A program made the position numbers and the translations under genes. From NCBI GenBank assembly GCA_030248215.1, contig JASANG010001881.1, forward strand, positions 62,001 through 126,000: a DNA stretch of 64,000 nt, in the 5' to 3' direction. Position 1 is the first letter of the stretch. Each line of letters starts with the position of its first letter. The notes below the pieces were generated by a model that saw only the letters and a list, made by a program, of their open reading frames with translations, searched no databases and was not told the origin of the DNA. The DNA comes from Enoplolaimus lenunculus (lineage: Eukaryota). Positions 61,901-64,000 of this stretch are shown here, one piece after another.

Positions 61901-63885
61901 CTATTTAACGTATATACACTGCGCTGAGTTGCCTATAGGCAACTCAATGTGAGAAGGGGTTAAAACCGCTTTGAATCTGTAGGCTTGCGCCCCAAACTAC
62001 AGTATTTACCTGTAATATTCATTCGATAATTCATCCATATGGTTCCGTTATTATGAAGTAGGACCCAAATGTTAGGAAACGGAGACCGATGAATTGCGGC
62101 AGCTTTGCTGTTGATAAACGTTAAATTGGGCAGCCATATCTTAGTCATCATAGCTTTCGTCAGGGTCACATTGTTTTTACACGCGAACAAATCGTCAAAT
62201 TTAAGTCCAGGATCGTTCCATACTTCGGATACGTAAATTGTGACGAAAAAATCCTGAAAAAAATTTTCTCAATTCAAATTCAAAATTGACTCGGTTAATA
62301 TACATGTCGTGGGTCAAACTGGAAACATTTCAACTCAAGTTCAAAATTGACTCGGTTAATATACATGTCGTGGGTCAAACTGGAAACATTTCAACTCAAG
62401 TTCAAAATTGACTCGGTTAATATACATGTCGTACGCCAAAGTGCTATTTAAGGACAACTGCTAATTGGCCAAGGCCAATCCGTCACCGTCCGTCACTATA
62501 CGTTATCGTACGCGAGTTGTTTGCGTACGATACCACACGGTGACGGACGGCACCGGACGGATGCATGACGGCGCCGGACGGATGCATGACGGCGCCGGAC
62601 GGATGCAGGACGGCGCCGGACGGATGCATGACGGCACCGGACGGATGCATGACGGCGCCGGACGGATGCATGACGGCGCCGGACGGATGCATGACGGCGC
62701 CGGACGGATGCATGACGGCGCCGGACGGATGCATGACGGCGCCGGACGGATGCATGACGGCGCCGGACGGATGCATGACGGCGCCGGACGGATGCAGGAC
62801 GGCGCCGGACGGATGCATGACGGCGCCGGACGGATGCATGACGGCGCCGGACGGATGCAGGACGGCGCCGGACGGTACCATAGCATAGCGCAACCCTCAC
62901 TTTGACAGTAAAACCGCGTTTTTATATTTATATTTTTTAAATGAATAAAAACATAAATGACATCTCAAACCTGTGCTAATTTCGAACTGGCTGCAGTAAT
63001 AACTCTACATTATTTAGTTTAATTTAACCTATAAAACAAAAACTTCCTACGGGGGTTCAGCCAGAGTTGATAATATTTGCAACTGAGGTTTTTAGTGGAG
63101 AAAAATCAAAATTAGCAACTGCAGCTGGAAAATTGGCTATTTTTTGTACTCTTTGAATTAACCTAATCTGAAGCATTTTCTGGTATAAACCAGGCGTTTC
63201 AGCCCAAGGTCACAACACCGGATTCTAGCATGAAATACTAATACAAATTTTTGGTTTCGAAAATTGGCCCATATAAAACATCAGGGGCGGAACGTTCTTC
63301 TGTGGGACTGCAATAGATTAAGCTTAAGCTTTAGACTATTTTTCCTTGGCTTACGCTTAGGCTTAGGCTTAGGCTTAGGAATAAACTCATTCTTACGCTC
63401 AGGCTTAGGCTTAGGCTTAGGCTTAGGGTTAGGGCTAGAAATATGCTTATAATACTGCTCCGCCACTGTTTTTACATTGACCTAAAAATTAATGAAATGG
63501 CTGACCGCCTAGCCTTCTCTTGCTGCCCTCATCCCAGCACCAATTCAATCACCTGAGTTATATCAGATATGCTCGATATTTCTTGTACCCAAATTTCAAT
63601 TGAAACATTAACCGGTCCCCCGCCAGGGACTTTGTCACGATTATAGCGTTTCATAACACGAGACATGACGTCACTTTCGTCCAAACACAAATATTTGGTT
63701 GTATTACGGCCGACACTGGCTCGGAGGAAGTCCGGAACGGCCGTATCCGGCGGCAACGAATTTAAATCGATTTGCGAAAGCCGCAGCCCTGGTTTGACAT
63801 CGGCCAATAAGTTTTTGAGCAGGGTTCCGTTTAAAAATGTCATTATTTCGACTGAATGTAGAATTACTGCGCTTACAAGAGTCAT
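55979..63885 (-). CDS. Cys-loop ligand-gated anion channel subunit, ACC (acetylcholine-gated chloride channel; acc/lgc-46-49) group-like, ~775 aa
   Basis: Minus-strand exons 63885-63553, 62253-62010, 61157-61024, 59637-59518, 58641-58392, 57225-55979 with consistent phases. Motifs: [28 protein letters not shown], Cys-loop [32 protein letters not shown]2 [37 protein letters not shown]4 ID..S..VFP..F..FNIIYW..Y. The start codon is tentative and an upstream exon is possible. Confidence 0.9.
57820..58071. mobile_element. CACTG-ended MITE, TA TSD, subfamily GAGTTGA; other copies 6218-6461, ~30105-30419, 44754-44991, ~45840-46086, 48148-48402, ~48750-49149, ~59748-59981, ~60233-60422, 60566-60816
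   Basis: TA|CACTGTAAATT...AATTTACAGTG|TA, with many internal (T)GAGTT/AACTCA motifs. Confidence 0.8.
61696..61959 (-). mobile_element. piggyBac-like MITE copy in channel intron 2
   Basis: TTAA|CCCTTTCTCACAT...GTGAGAAGGGG|TTAA. Confidence 0.85.
62279..62432. repeat. 61-bp perfect tandem repeat, 2.5 copies
   Basis: TTCAAAATTGACTCGGTTAATATACATGTCGTGGGTCAAACTGGAAACATTTCAACTCAAG repeated. Confidence 0.9.
62546..62875. repeat. 21-bp GC-rich minisatellite, ~16 copies, inside a Harbinger-like MITE
   Basis: Unit GACGGCGCCGGACGGATGCA(T/G). Confidence 0.92.
63266..63482 (+). mobile_element. TTAGGC-carrying MITE, subfamily A, in channel intron 1
   Basis: TIRs plus (TTAGGC)n. TSD CGAAAATT/TAAAAATT. 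Confidence 0.75.
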
Positions 63886-64000
63886 AGTTTTTAGGATTTT
63901 TGCAGCAAACTGGCTGCGCAAACGCCTAATAAATGCAGTAAACAACTGCGTTTTCTGTCATAGTTTGTTACAAATGTGTGGGCATTCTAGCTTTATATAT

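Noticed and set aside
62465..62905. Five overlapping repeat-protein ORFs (HDGAGRM etc.)
   Set aside because: A stop-free 21-bp minisatellite inside a MITE within an intron.

Overview
AT-rich eukaryotic genomic DNA, most likely from a nematode (inferred from dispersed TTAGGC telomere-type repeats, TTTCAG-type splice acceptors and an ACC-type Cys-loop channel). Four spliced genes can be reconstructed exon by exon with consistent phases. They are CWF19L2 (+, 35162-40843), a RidA/UK114 imine deaminase ending in -SKL (+, 43774-48587), a GPI-anchored Ly6/quiver-like protein (+, 51459-54141) and an acetylcholine-gated chloride channel-like subunit (-, 55979-63885). A fifth, unrecognised spliced gene is suggested on the minus strand at roughly 0.8-6.1 kb. 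The rest is dominated by short non-autonomous DNA transposons (MITEs). These include about 25 copies of a GG-ended, 8-bp-TSD element that carries telomeric TTAGGC repeats, CACTG-ended TA-TSD elements, TTAA-flanked piggyBac-like elements containing a tRNA-like Pol III promoter, and Harbinger- and hAT-like elements. Also present are tRNA-derived repeats, a 5'-truncated RNase H-bearing LINE inside a microsatellite, and several minisatellites. No transposase, CRISPR, rRNA or clearly functional tRNA gene is seen. All family assignments come from motif recognition by eye, not from database searches.
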